Shown here: positions 35,360-42,890 of the stretch, piece after piece
Position numbering within the stretch: position 1 is the first letter of the stretch
Layout: each line of letters starts with the position of its first letter
Virus record (IMG/VR): IMGVR_UViG_3300045988_039593
Length of the DNA: 45,692 nt
From: a virus
Strand: one strand, 5' to 3'
Translations under genes and position numbers: made by a program
Notes under the pieces: generated by a model
Told to the model about the DNA's origin: nothing
What the model saw: the letters and a program-made list of their open reading frames with translations, nothing else
Databases searched by the model: none

Positions 35360-35662
35360 TTATTTTGCCTTTTTCGGACGACCGCGTTTTTTTGGGGTTG
35401 TCCCGATCTTTATTTGCTTGGCCTTTTCATTGGCCCTTTGTTTCGGGCTTACAGGCTTATGGGTGGCCGTTTTCTTATTTGCCGGCAACTTGCTTTTGGC
35501 CTTTTCTTCGGCCCTTTCCTGTTTGGGATGCAAACACCAAATGAATGTGTATGTACCCTTACGGTAAAACCATTGGCATTGTCGGCACGCCGGCGAATCA
35601 ATTTCACACCCTTTACCGAACGGGCAACCGCCGCCCGTCAGCGTAAAAACCTTTGTTGGCAT
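35360..35662 (-). CDS. Cys-rich protein with Lys-rich tail and AT-hook (KKRGRPKKAK)
   Basis: 100 aa. The N-terminal half has CPFGKGC...C..C...C, and the C-terminal half is basic and ends in a GRP AT-hook core. Confidence 0.5.
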   Translation of the reverse strand: MPTKVFTLTGGGCPFGKGCEIDSPACRQCQWFYRKGTYTFIWCLHPKQERAEEKAKSKLPANKKTATHKPVSPKQRANEKAKQIKIGTTPKKRGRPKKAK

Positions 35663-35663
35663 T

Positions 35664-35876
35664 TTAGTTATCTATTTCATATTGCATATTACGCGGGTGC
35701 CATCTATATCCACATTCACGACACACGCAATTTGTTCTTATGTGTTCGCCGCCATCGTCGTCCGCACCCTGACTATTGACAACGCCGTTTTCCACCTCAT
35801 AAATGTAACCCGTAACATAATAATCCACGATTTGAAAATTATTCGAACCGCATTTTGGACATTTTTTATTAGTCAT
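35664..35876 (-). CDS. zinc-ribbon protein (70 aa)
   Basis: Pairs CPKCGS...CRECGY. ORF-track TTG start trimmed to the ATG at 35876. Confidence 0.55.
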   Translation of the reverse strand: MTNKKCPKCGSNNFQIVDYYVTGYIYEVENGVVNSQGADDDGGEHIRTNCVCRECGYRWHPRNMQYEIDN

Positions 35877-35890
35877 ATTATCCAATTTTT

Positions 35891-36232
35891 TTATTCGTCT
35901 TTCGCGGGCCTATATCCGCCATAATCTGAATCATTCGTTATTTCCCAATCGTACGTTGAATCAAAATTAAGCGTATCCAATCGGCGTTCGTGAAATCCTT
36001 TACCCTGTTTCGAAAAATCGTCCCGGTATTTGAAAACAAGTTTTCCGCGCCTTTTCAGTATTCGGCCGTAATAATAACGTTCACGTTGCAAGCCGCTTGA
36101 CGTCGGAACCCACCAATGAAAACAAATCCAATCGCCAAGAAAAACACGACGGCCATTTTTGTCCACATATTCGGTTAGGTTGCCAAAAGTCCGGTTCATA
36201 TCTTTTTTGGCCTTACTGTTCATTTCCGCCAT
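35891..36232 (-). CDS. hypothetical protein (113 aa from ATG 36232; alternative TTG start at 36274)
   Basis: The first codon of the ORF-track ORF is TTG and overlaps the resolvase stop. The first ATG is at 36232. Confidence 0.5.
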   Translation of the reverse strand: MAEMNSKAKKDMNRTFGNLTEYVDKNGRRVFLGDWICFHWWVPTSSGLQRERYYYGRILKRRGKLVFKYRDDFSKQGKGFHERRLDTLNFDSTYDWEITNDSDYGGYRPAKDE

Positions 36233-36270
36233 TAAAGAGGGTCGGAAATCATTTTCATAGTAGCACAGAA

Positions 36271-36834
36271 TCAAAACAATTTTGCATATTCACGGGCGGG
36301 CAAATTCGCCTTTACCCAATTGGGTTCATTGACCAAAGCCCATCGGCCAAAGTGCATTATTAAAAGCGCATCAGCATTCCACAATGTTACATTAACGTCC
36401 GCGTAAAGTTTTGCGGCGTGTTCTTTGTAACGCTTTTTCCGGTCGGCCTTTTCTTCGTGGACGCCGCGAACGCGCAATTTCAACTTGGTTTGCCAACTTG
36501 CGGGATGAACCATTACATCCGGGATACCGGACATTTCAATCAATGCTTTTAGGTATTCAAAATTGGCCATCATCTTTTGAATACGAAAGATTTTACCCAT
36601 ATTTGGTTTGCCATCCGCGCCAACGGCTACGTCGTCCGGGCGAACGCTTAATTTTTCCAAGAATATAATCGGTTTATAATTTTCAGCGTAATATTCAAAT
36701 ATTGCCGCCAAATCGGAATTGTCTTTTGGCATCTTGATCGCCTTTGTTTTCATTCCGGGAATAAATATGGCAATACCGCCATTCGCGCCAGGATCAATCC
36801 CGATAACGCAATTTATTTTAATCTTGCTTTCCAT
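36271..36834 (-). CDS. RuvC-like Holliday junction resolvase
   Basis: N-terminal VIGIDPGANGGIAIF, FLEK and WNADALLIMHFG match the acidic-residue pattern of phage RuvC-fold resolvases. Confidence 0.72.
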   Translation of the reverse strand: MESKIKINCVIGIDPGANGGIAIFIPGMKTKAIKMPKDNSDLAAIFEYYAENYKPIIFLEKLSVRPDDVAVGADGKPNMGKIFRIQKMMANFEYLKALIEMSGIPDVMVHPASWQTKLKLRVRGVHEEKADRKKRYKEHAAKLYADVNVTLWNADALLIMHFGRWALVNEPNWVKANLPAREYAKLF

Positions 36835-37762
36835 TGTCTGTTTCCAATTTGATATAATCGGTTATTTGTATTTCATCGGCGACCATTTCGGCAAACGTGC
36901 GTTTCAATGCCTTTAATCTTGCCAAGCGGTATGCGCCGTGTTGTATATCCGGGGCGTTGATTCCCTGTTGTTCAACCCGCTTTTTGTCGCCGATCATTTC
37001 GCGTTGTGTCAAATCATATAGAGTTCGCCTCAATATTATTTGTCTTTCCTGTGGCGTCACGTCGAAAGGTTCCGCCAATCCTACCATCGCCAAATCTTGG
37101 TATGCCAACATTTCCAGTATTGGGGACAATTTCGGCATATACCCGCGATATTTGAAAAACAGGAACGCCGCAATTATATCTTTTCGGGTTTGATTCCTGT
37201 AAAACCTTTCTTCGGCTTCGTTCCTTTGCTTTACAGGCTTTGGCACCATTCCGGCCGCCTTATTTATTACGGCCTTTCGGTACTCCCTGTAAGCGTTTAG
37301 AATTTTGCAAAAGTAATCCGCGTTAAACATTTGGTAATGTTCTTTATCCGGGTTGCCGAAACGATCTTTTGGCAAATAGTCATTCAATTCGCCGGTAACC
37401 ATCACTTCAAACGCCATTCGTATATCCTTGACCGAAAACAACGGATAATATCGTTTGATAATTTGCGCGAAACGAACAATGGTTATTTTCCAATCCGGGC
37501 TTTCGGTATCCCTTATACCAATGTCCTTTGCAATCCATTTCAGCGTATCAGCCATTACGGCGATTAATTCCGCGTCGTTGTATTCCTGTGCAACCTTTGC
37601 GGTTGATGCAAGGAAAACGGAACGTTCGATTGGTTCTAACTTTTCCACGATTGCCGGCGTTTGAGCAATTGCGCGTCGTATGGCAATTGCCGTAGTTCCG
37701 GGCGGTGGCGTATGAACCATTACCGAAACGTTGTTGTTGATTGTGGTTAATTCCTGTTCCAT
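36818..37762 (-). CDS. hypothetical replication-module protein (314 aa)
   Basis: Immediately downstream of the initiator gene, where helicase-loader or accessory genes usually sit. No motif recognised. Confidence 0.5.
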   Translation of the reverse strand: MEQELTTINNNVSVMVHTPPPGTTAIAIRRAIAQTPAIVEKLEPIERSVFLASTAKVAQEYNDAELIAVMADTLKWIAKDIGIRDTESPDWKITIVRFAQIIKRYYPLFSVKDIRMAFEVMVTGELNDYLPKDRFGNPDKEHYQMFNADYFCKILNAYREYRKAVINKAAGMVPKPVKQRNEAEERFYRNQTRKDIIAAFLFFKYRGYMPKLSPILEMLAYQDLAMVGLAEPFDVTPQERQIILRRTLYDLTQREMIGDKKRVEQQGINAPDIQHGAYRLARLKALKRTFAEMVADEIQITDYIKLETDNGKQD

Positions 37763-37764
37763 AG

Positions 37765-38541
37765 TTAATCCATTCCCATTTCCAAATATCGTTTTGCGCT
37801 TTCAAAGTCAAAGCCCGCGCCGGCTTGTTCGATGGTGTGCAACTTTTTCTTTTCAATATCCGACCGCATAAAGTTACGAGCCGTCGCAATCCAATCTTTC
37901 ATTTTCTTGCCCTTTTGCGCCGACCAATCGGCAACCGCGTTGTAATAATACGCAATGTCAACGTTGGCAAATTCCGGCTTTGTTGCAAAACAGGCGGCAA
38001 AATCCTCATACCTGTTAAATTTGCTATTTACGAACAAACATAATGTTTCGGTTGTGCCGCGTTGTTTTGATTCCTGTTCTTTTACGGGTTCGGTCGGGAA
38101 TAAACCGCCGTCGGCGGTATCTTCTATCTTATCAATAGAATTATCTTTATTATCAATATTCGTTGCTGTTTTAGCAACACCCCCCGTTGCTATTTCAGCA
38201 ACACCCCCGTTGTTGTTTTGAACACGCCCCGTTGCTATTTCAGCAACGCCGTATCTATTTGCAACATAATGGCAAAATTTCACGCCGGAAAAGAACATTT
38301 CGCGTTTCTCAATCAATCCCCGGTCAATCAACCGGTCAATAATCTTTTTGGCGTTCTGTTTCGTCACGTTCAAGGCCGATGCAACGTAATTCAGCGAACC
38401 GCGAAATTCGGTTTCTTTGTCTTGGGTAAATCCGTATATCAACGAATAACACAACAATTCGTTCCCGGACAATCCAAGTTCGACAATAGCGAATCCGGGA
38501 ACCGTTATGTAATTATCAATTTTAAATGTTCGCGTTTCCAT
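37765..38541 (-). CDS. replication initiator / replisome organiser (winged-HTH N-terminal domain) containing iterons
   Basis: N-terminal wHTH-like region (LSGNELLCYSLIYGF...SLNYVASALNVTKQNAKKIIDRLIDRGLI). The peptide repeats GVAEIATG x2 are encoded by the DNA iterons. Confidence 0.7.
   Translation of the reverse strand: METRTFKIDNYITVPGFAIVELGLSGNELLCYSLIYGFTQDKETEFRGSLNYVASALNVTKQNAKKIIDRLIDRGLIEKREMFFSGVKFCHYVANRYGVAEIATGRVQNNNGGVAEIATGGVAKTATNIDNKDNSIDKIEDTADGGLFPTEPVKEQESKQRGTTETLCLFVNSKFNRYEDFAACFATKPEFANVDIAYYYNAVADWSAQKGKKMKDWIATARNFMRSDIEKKKLHTIEQAGAGFDFESAKRYLEMGMD
38162..38247. repeat. Iteron array (putative origin of replication) inside the initiator gene
   Basis: GTTGCTGTTTTAGCAAC (38162-38178), GTTGCTATTTCAGCAAC (38186-38202 and 38231-38247) and the degenerate GTTGTTGTTTTGAACAC (38209-38225). 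Spacing is 22-24 bp, and each unit is an inverted repeat preceded by CCCC. Confidence 0.7.
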
Positions 38542-38907
38542 TTAACTAATTCTAAAAATTGAATAATCATAATAACCGGCACATCCGGGAAAATGTAATT
38601 TCATATCTTCGCAATTCTTCCGACACGACCAAATTTGCAATTTGTCGTAAACATCCAACGCGGCATTTATGCAACGCCGTTCGTAATCCATTGGACGTTG
38701 TGCGGCAATTCCTTGGAAATCAAAAAATCCGTCAAGATTTACGCAAGATGTATTCCGGACCCAATGCAATTTCCGGTGCAAATCTTTCGGCAACAACAAA
38801 AGGTTTTCAATGTTATTGTTGTCCCTGTTGAAATCAATATGGTGTATTTCATATTCCGACGGAATCGTTATGCCATAATGATTTTCGTATAGTCGTCTGT
38901 AATCCAT
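38542..38907 (-). CDS. HNH endonuclease (free-standing)
   Basis: YEIHHIDFNRDNNNIENLLLLPKDLHRKLH is a classic HNH motif. Its stop abuts the initiator ATG. Confidence 0.8.
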   Translation of the reverse strand: MDYRRLYENHYGITIPSEYEIHHIDFNRDNNNIENLLLLPKDLHRKLHWVRNTSCVNLDGFFDFQGIAAQRPMDYERRCINAALDVYDKLQIWSCRKNCEDMKLHFPGCAGYYDYSIFRIS

Positions 38908-39022
38908 AAAATCAAAAACGCCCCGTATTTCGTCCCCGGATTGGCCCCCCGGGAATTACTTTACAGGGCATTAAATTTCCATTTCGGTTGGGGCCAACAA
39001 CCGTTCGCAACAAAGTTACAAA

Positions 39023-39751
39023 TTATCCCTGTAAAAGCAAATTTTTTGTCGAATCCGTTGGTTGTAACATCTTTTGAATTTCCGCCACCCGGGTATCATT
39101 CGCAACAAGCGAAACGACCGGGTAACGGGAATTTGTATTTGGTTTGTTACTCTTGGCAAACTGTACCGACAAATCAAATACCGTGTTTCGAACGGTTCCG
39201 CGCATTGCCTGTACGCCATCAAACGAATTGCGTATATTCTTGATTGAGGACGCTGCGCCCTTTGTCGAAAATTGCCAAACGCCAACCACGCCACGAACGG
39301 CCGGAACGATGAAACGTAACGTTAACGTCATATCCCACCCATTATCATTTTCATTGCGAGGTTTCTTTGGGTTGCGCTTTGCCACCTGTTCCATAATATC
39401 CGGGATGCGCTCAACCGAATATTGAACGTATTTTTTTCCGTCCCAAATTTCGAACGTCCGGCCGTCGCCCTTGGCAACCAATGCTCCCGTATTGTCGCGG
39501 TATTCGTACCGTTCGTTGCATACCTTTTCCGGGGAATCATCCGGGAAAATGATTTGGATTGTTTGAGTCTTTTCGCCCAACGCTTGCGTGAACATCCCGG
39601 CATACTTTCCGGCCGGTATGAAATAATCCACGGAAACCGGGTATTCCCGGCCGTTTTGGCCCATTTGTTTTTTACCGATATGCAACCGGCCGATTTCGGG
39701 TAATTCAAGGATTCCCGCGCCCTGTTCTGGCCTGTAAATTCTTCCGCCCAT
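39023..39751 (-). CDS. possible single-strand annealing / recombination protein (by position)
   Basis: ORF 39023..39868 trimmed to the ATG at 39751 (MGGRIYRPEQG). It lies downstream of the PD-(D/E)XK exonuclease, as in exo/SSAP pairs. No motif recognised. Confidence 0.35.
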   Translation of the reverse strand: MGGRIYRPEQGAGILELPEIGRLHIGKKQMGQNGREYPVSVDYFIPAGKYAGMFTQALGEKTQTIQIIFPDDSPEKVCNERYEYRDNTGALVAKGDGRTFEIWDGKKYVQYSVERIPDIMEQVAKRNPKKPRNENDNGWDMTLTLRFIVPAVRGVVGVWQFSTKGAASSIKNIRNSFDGVQAMRGTVRNTVFDLSVQFAKSNKPNTNSRYPVVSLVANDTRVAEIQKMLQPTDSTKNLLLQG

Positions 39752-39851
39752 AATTAAATTTCTTTTGGTGTTGATGGTTCGGCAAATGCGTAACGTTGGA
39801 TTGCATCGGCAAACGCGTTTTGTACATCTTCCATAGCCTTTTTCAATTTTG

Positions 39852-41141
39852 TTACAATTCGATTTCATCGTTTAACAAATTATCCTTTGCCGCCTGTTCC
39901 GTTATCTGTTCCGGCGTGGGGCGGGTGGACTTGACCGGTTCCGGTTCATTTTCCCACGGCAATTTGTCCGTTGCGCCATCATCCGGTAATTTTTTCGGAA
40001 TTTTCGTTTTGACGGGCTTTTCCGGTTCGGACGGGGAATTTATCGGTTCGGGTTCTTTCGTCGCTTTTACGGCCCTTTTTGTGGCCTTTTTGGCGGGTTC
40101 CTGGTCCTTGGCCCGTTCCGGGGCGGCGGCCGCCTGTTTCGGGGCTTCCTTTGCGTCCGCCTTGGTGCGTATCAGTTCGTCCAATGATAACGTCAACAGG
40201 TTGTCCGCAATCTTTCCGTTATCCAAGTCAAGAACACCACGAACGATTGTCAACGTATTGTCCCGCTTTTCGTCCTCAATCGCGGCCAATGCCAAAAGAT
40301 AAGGCAATTTCTTGGCGTTAACGGAATCCGTTTGGTCTTTCAAATTGTACGTGGGTTTGGTTCGCCAATCTTTCGGGGAAAAGTTAAACACGCGTTCAAT
40401 GGGTTTATCCTCAAAATTCACATTCCACATTTCCCGGTACAAATGCAATTGTAATTCGTGTTCTTCGTAAAATCCTTTCCGGCCGCTTTTGAAATCCACA
40501 AGGGCCGTGAACGTCTTGGCCGTTTTGGATTCCGTCATTACGCACGGCAAATCCAAACAACCGGCATAATGGAATTTGGGATGGACCAAACCGATTTCCA
40601 CGGCCAACGGTTTCACATTGTAATCCTTGACGAATTGCGCAAAGGCCAAAACGTCCTTGCGGACCTTAACCAGCCATTGCGAAAATAGGGATTCCGGGAC
40701 GTGTTCACGTTCCATATACGCCAACAATGTTGCCGGGACGTTATCAAAGTCGTAACGGCGGTTGATAATCAGTTTTTCAAATTCGCCGTGCATAAACGTT
40801 CCGTATGCGGCGGCAATGTCGCGTTTTTCCGTGGAACCCTCTTTGCCATTGGCAACCATCCAATCCAACAGGGCGGCCGGGGTCGGCATTACCTGTTTCA
40901 AAAGCGTGGTAACGGACGGGTAAAATTCCGGCGTTCCATCGGCGTTGAATCGGTAATAATACCGATATCCGTCGGAATTGAGTTGAAACACACGGTACGC
41001 GGGTTCTTTCAATACGTCGGCGTTGAAATATACGGCGCGGATTTCCTCAACGGTCATTCCGGGCGCGATTTCCTTTGCCTGTTCCTGTTCCGGTTCAGCC
41101 AATGCGGCCAACGCCGGGTCAATTGTCTTTTCTTCTTTCAT
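39852..41141 (-). CDS. PD-(D/E)XK (RecB/Cas4-like) exonuclease with disordered Lys/Pro/Glu-rich C-terminal tail
   Basis: GCLDLPC ... ALVDFKSGRK ... ELQLHLY match the D, (D/E)xK and QxxxY motifs. The last ~100 aa are low complexity. Confidence 0.7.
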   Translation of the reverse strand: MKEEKTIDPALAALAEPEQEQAKEIAPGMTVEEIRAVYFNADVLKEPAYRVFQLNSDGYRYYYRFNADGTPEFYPSVTTLLKQVMPTPAALLDWMVANGKEGSTEKRDIAAAYGTFMHGEFEKLIINRRYDFDNVPATLLAYMEREHVPESLFSQWLVKVRKDVLAFAQFVKDYNVKPLAVEIGLVHPKFHYAGCLDLPCVMTESKTAKTFTALVDFKSGRKGFYEEHELQLHLYREMWNVNFEDKPIERVFNFSPKDWRTKPTYNLKDQTDSVNAKKLPYLLALAAIEDEKRDNTLTIVRGVLDLDNGKIADNLLTLSLDELIRTKADAKEAPKQAAAAPERAKDQEPAKKATKRAVKATKEPEPINSPSEPEKPVKTKIPKKLPDDGATDKLPWENEPEPVKSTRPTPEQITEQAAKDNLLNDEIEL

Positions 41142-41159
41142 TGTATCGCCTGTTAAAAA

Positions 41160-41321
41160 TTACATACCTTTCATTTTCTTGTAATCGTGCCAAAACATCG
41201 CCGCAAAGACAACGGAAATGGCAAGCGCAAAGAAATGCGCCGGATTCCAAAAGATTGCAAAGACGGATAAAACCGCCATAACGGACCAAATTACGGCCCA
41301 AAACAAATTTACCTTTTTCAT
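41160..41321 (-). CDS. small two-TM membrane protein (53 aa)
   Basis: Trimmed to the ATG at 41321 (MKKVNLFWAVIWSVMAVLSVFAIFWNPAHFFALAISVVFAAMFW). Confidence 0.55.
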   Translation of the reverse strand: MKKVNLFWAVIWSVMAVLSVFAIFWNPAHFFALAISVVFAAMFWHDYKKMKGM

Positions 41322-41325
41322 ATCG

Positions 41326-41559
41326 TTATTCGTTTGAAAGTCCAAAAAGGAAATCCGCCGTGCAACCGGTCATTTCGCACACGACAACCACCCATTCCGG
41401 TTTAATGCTTGCGGTTCGTCCATTACATAATTTTGTCATATTAACCTGTTGTGCGCTTTCTACGGAATCCGGCCATAACTTGGCCGCAATATCCTTTTTC
41501 AAAACCTTTGTTCCGTTTGCCTTTGCCCTTGCAATGGCTTCTTCAATTCTCAATGTCAT
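41326..41559 (-). CDS. Cro/CI-type HTH transcriptional regulator
   Basis: KDIAAKLW...VNMTKLCNGRTASIKPEWVVVVCEMTGCTADFLFGL fits the HTH_3 pattern. ORF-track TTG start trimmed to the ATG at 41559. Confidence 0.72.
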   Translation of the reverse strand: MTLRIEEAIARAKANGTKVLKKDIAAKLWPDSVESAQQVNMTKLCNGRTASIKPEWVVVVCEMTGCTADFLFGLSNE

Positions 41560-41578
41560 ATTCAATTTATTTTAATGG

Positions 41579-42016
41579 TTAATCATAATCCGGGCGGTAA
41601 TCGTGTTCGACGATATGGCCACATATCGGGCAACGTAATTGTTCCCAATCGGTCGCGTAATCCGGTGGTACGTCGCGGTCGCCGCTTGGGATTTCGTGGG
41701 TTATACAATCCCAAATTTCCATTTCGCCGCCACATTTCGGGCAATTGCCATCGCCCATTAAGATACATTCCAAAAATGCGTCGTATGTTGCATCGTTCAC
41801 GCGCTCAACGCCTGTTTGCTTGATTACGTCGATAAGGGTTGCCAATGGGGTTTCCCCGTCAATACATTCTTTTAATGATGCGCCGTAATATTCGGTGTCG
41901 TCCTTAATCAATCCGGCGTTCAACAATCCGTTCGTGAGGATATGCGCCACGTCGGCGGCGGGTTTGTTTGCCCTTGCGGCCACAATGGCCAAATTTGCGT
42001 CCTGTTTCAAGATCAT
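41579..42016 (-). CDS. zinc-ribbon protein (145 aa)
   Basis: Trimmed to the ATG at 42016 (MILKQDANL). C-terminal pairs CPKCGG...CPICGH. Confidence 0.55.
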   Translation of the reverse strand: MILKQDANLAIVAARANKPAADVAHILTNGLLNAGLIKDDTEYYGASLKECIDGETPLATLIDVIKQTGVERVNDATYDAFLECILMGDGNCPKCGGEMEIWDCITHEIPSGDRDVPPDYATDWEQLRCPICGHIVEHDYRPDYD

Positions 42017-42048
42017 AATAATTACCGGGTAACCGCCCGGCCGGGGTC

Positions 42049-42243
42049 TTAAATATATTCCTGTAAAATTGTATCTATTGCGGCAACGGCACAATCCAAA
42101 TTTGAACCAACGGTGCCGTTTCCCTCAACCTGTAATTCAATGTCGGTTCCATTTTCTTCGTCGAATTTCTTACGCATCGCCCATAACTTTTCGGATAACG
42201 AAATAAGGGTTGCCAATTCTTTCTTATTCAAACGTGTTTTCAT
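42049..42243 (-). CDS. hypothetical protein (64 aa)
   Basis: ATG-started ORF, second gene of cassette (b). Confidence 0.5.
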   Translation of the reverse strand: MKTRLNKKELATLISLSEKLWAMRKKFDEENGTDIELQVEGNGTVGSNLDCAVAAIDTILQEYI

Positions 42244-42260
42244 ATCGCTTTCGGTTTGAT

Positions 42261-42278
42261 GGGGCGGTTGCCCGCCCC
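42261..42278 (-). other. GC-clamp hairpin between the first two genes of cassette (b)
   Basis: GGGGCGG-ttgc-CCGCCCC, the same stem as at 2431..2450. Confidence 0.3.
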
Positions 42279-42285
42279 GGATTTA

Positions 42286-42519
42286 TTAGTAATTGAATGA
42301 TTCAGCCAATTCGTAGTTCAAACCGTATTTGTATGATTCTTCGTAATACTCATTTACCGCATCAACAAATTTTTTGTCGGCTTCCCTTACTGTCCAATAT
42401 GCGTTTGCGTCCTCATCCTTATCGCTTCCATCAAAATACGCGGATACTTTTTCATTCAGTTCATCAGCAATTGCAAGGAAAGATTTTGCAAGTTCTTTAA
42501 CATTTTCAAGTGTTGCCAT
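42286..42519 (-). CDS. small highly acidic protein (77 aa), first gene of cassette (b)
   Basis: MATLENVKELAKSFLAIADELNEKVSAYFDGSDKDEDANAYW...: Asp/Glu-rich and helical. Confidence 0.55.
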   Translation of the reverse strand: MATLENVKELAKSFLAIADELNEKVSAYFDGSDKDEDANAYWTVREADKKFVDAVNEYYEESYKYGLNYELAESFNY

Positions 42520-42613
42520 AATTCTTTGTCGTTTTATCCGGGAACCGCCCCGGTGCGTCGGGTTATTTCCTTAACCCGGATACAAAGGTAGTGTTTATTT
42601 TTATGTTTCCAAA
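42520..42613 (-). promoter_or_regulatory. Promoter/leader cassette (b): TTTG(42610-42613)-N19-TACCTTTG(42583-42590) plus conserved structured leader
   Basis: Perfect TTTG/TAnnTTTG match. Leader hairpin CCGGG-gcggtt-CCCGG (42538-42553). The last 19 nt before the ATG are identical to cassette (a). Confidence 0.75.
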
Positions 42614-42688
42614 ACTTTTTGTAATATTTTTTAGTGAAATAGTTAATTTTTGTAAAAATAGCGTATAACGGCGTTATAACAGGCAACC

Positions 42689-42702
42689 GGGGGATTTATC
42701 CA
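42689..42702. promoter_or_regulatory. GGGGGATTTATCCA operator-like site (second copy; first at 76..89)
   Basis: Exact 14-mer repeat containing the inverted half-sites GGAT/ATCC. Both copies lie ~80-100 nt upstream of the cassette promoters. The related GGGGGAATTTCCA is at 42747-42759. Confidence 0.5.
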
Positions 42703-42751
42703 TTTTGACGGCAAAGCTCCGGAAATGGCTTGTTTTCGGCCTTTTTGGGGG

Positions 42752-42800
42752 AATTTCCAATATATCCCACAAAATTTCCGCATTCCCTGTAAGAATTTCC
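42752..42800. repeat. Three AATTTCC direct repeats phased at exactly 21 bp
   Basis: AATTTCC at 42752-42758, 42773-42779 and 42794-42800. An inverted GGAAAT is at 42721-42726. Confidence 0.6.
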
Positions 42801-42811
42801 GATTTGATACG

Positions 42812-42859
42812 TATATATAACAAACAGGGTGTGCCGCATATCTTCGATGCGCACACCCC
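42812..42859 (-). terminator. Intrinsic terminator ending the early operon
   Basis: - strand GGGTGTGC-GCAT-cgaagat-ATGC-g-GCACACCC followed by TGTTTGTTATATATA, 32 nt after the MTase-like gene stop. Confidence 0.8.
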
Positions 42860-42890
42860 GAAACCCTTTCCAACTTTGGATGGGCAAATA

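Noticed and set aside
38162-38265. The tandem ~23-bp repeats read as a CRISPR array.
   Set aside because: The units are contiguous with no spacers, lie inside a coding sequence and are internally palindromic. This is iteron behaviour, not repeat-spacer architecture.
39754-39834. A 26-aa ORF (MEDVQNAFADAIQRYAFAEPSTPKEI) in the 100-nt spacer between the exonuclease and the downstream gene.
   Set aside because: It is too short to support without comparative or expression evidence, so it is left unannotated.
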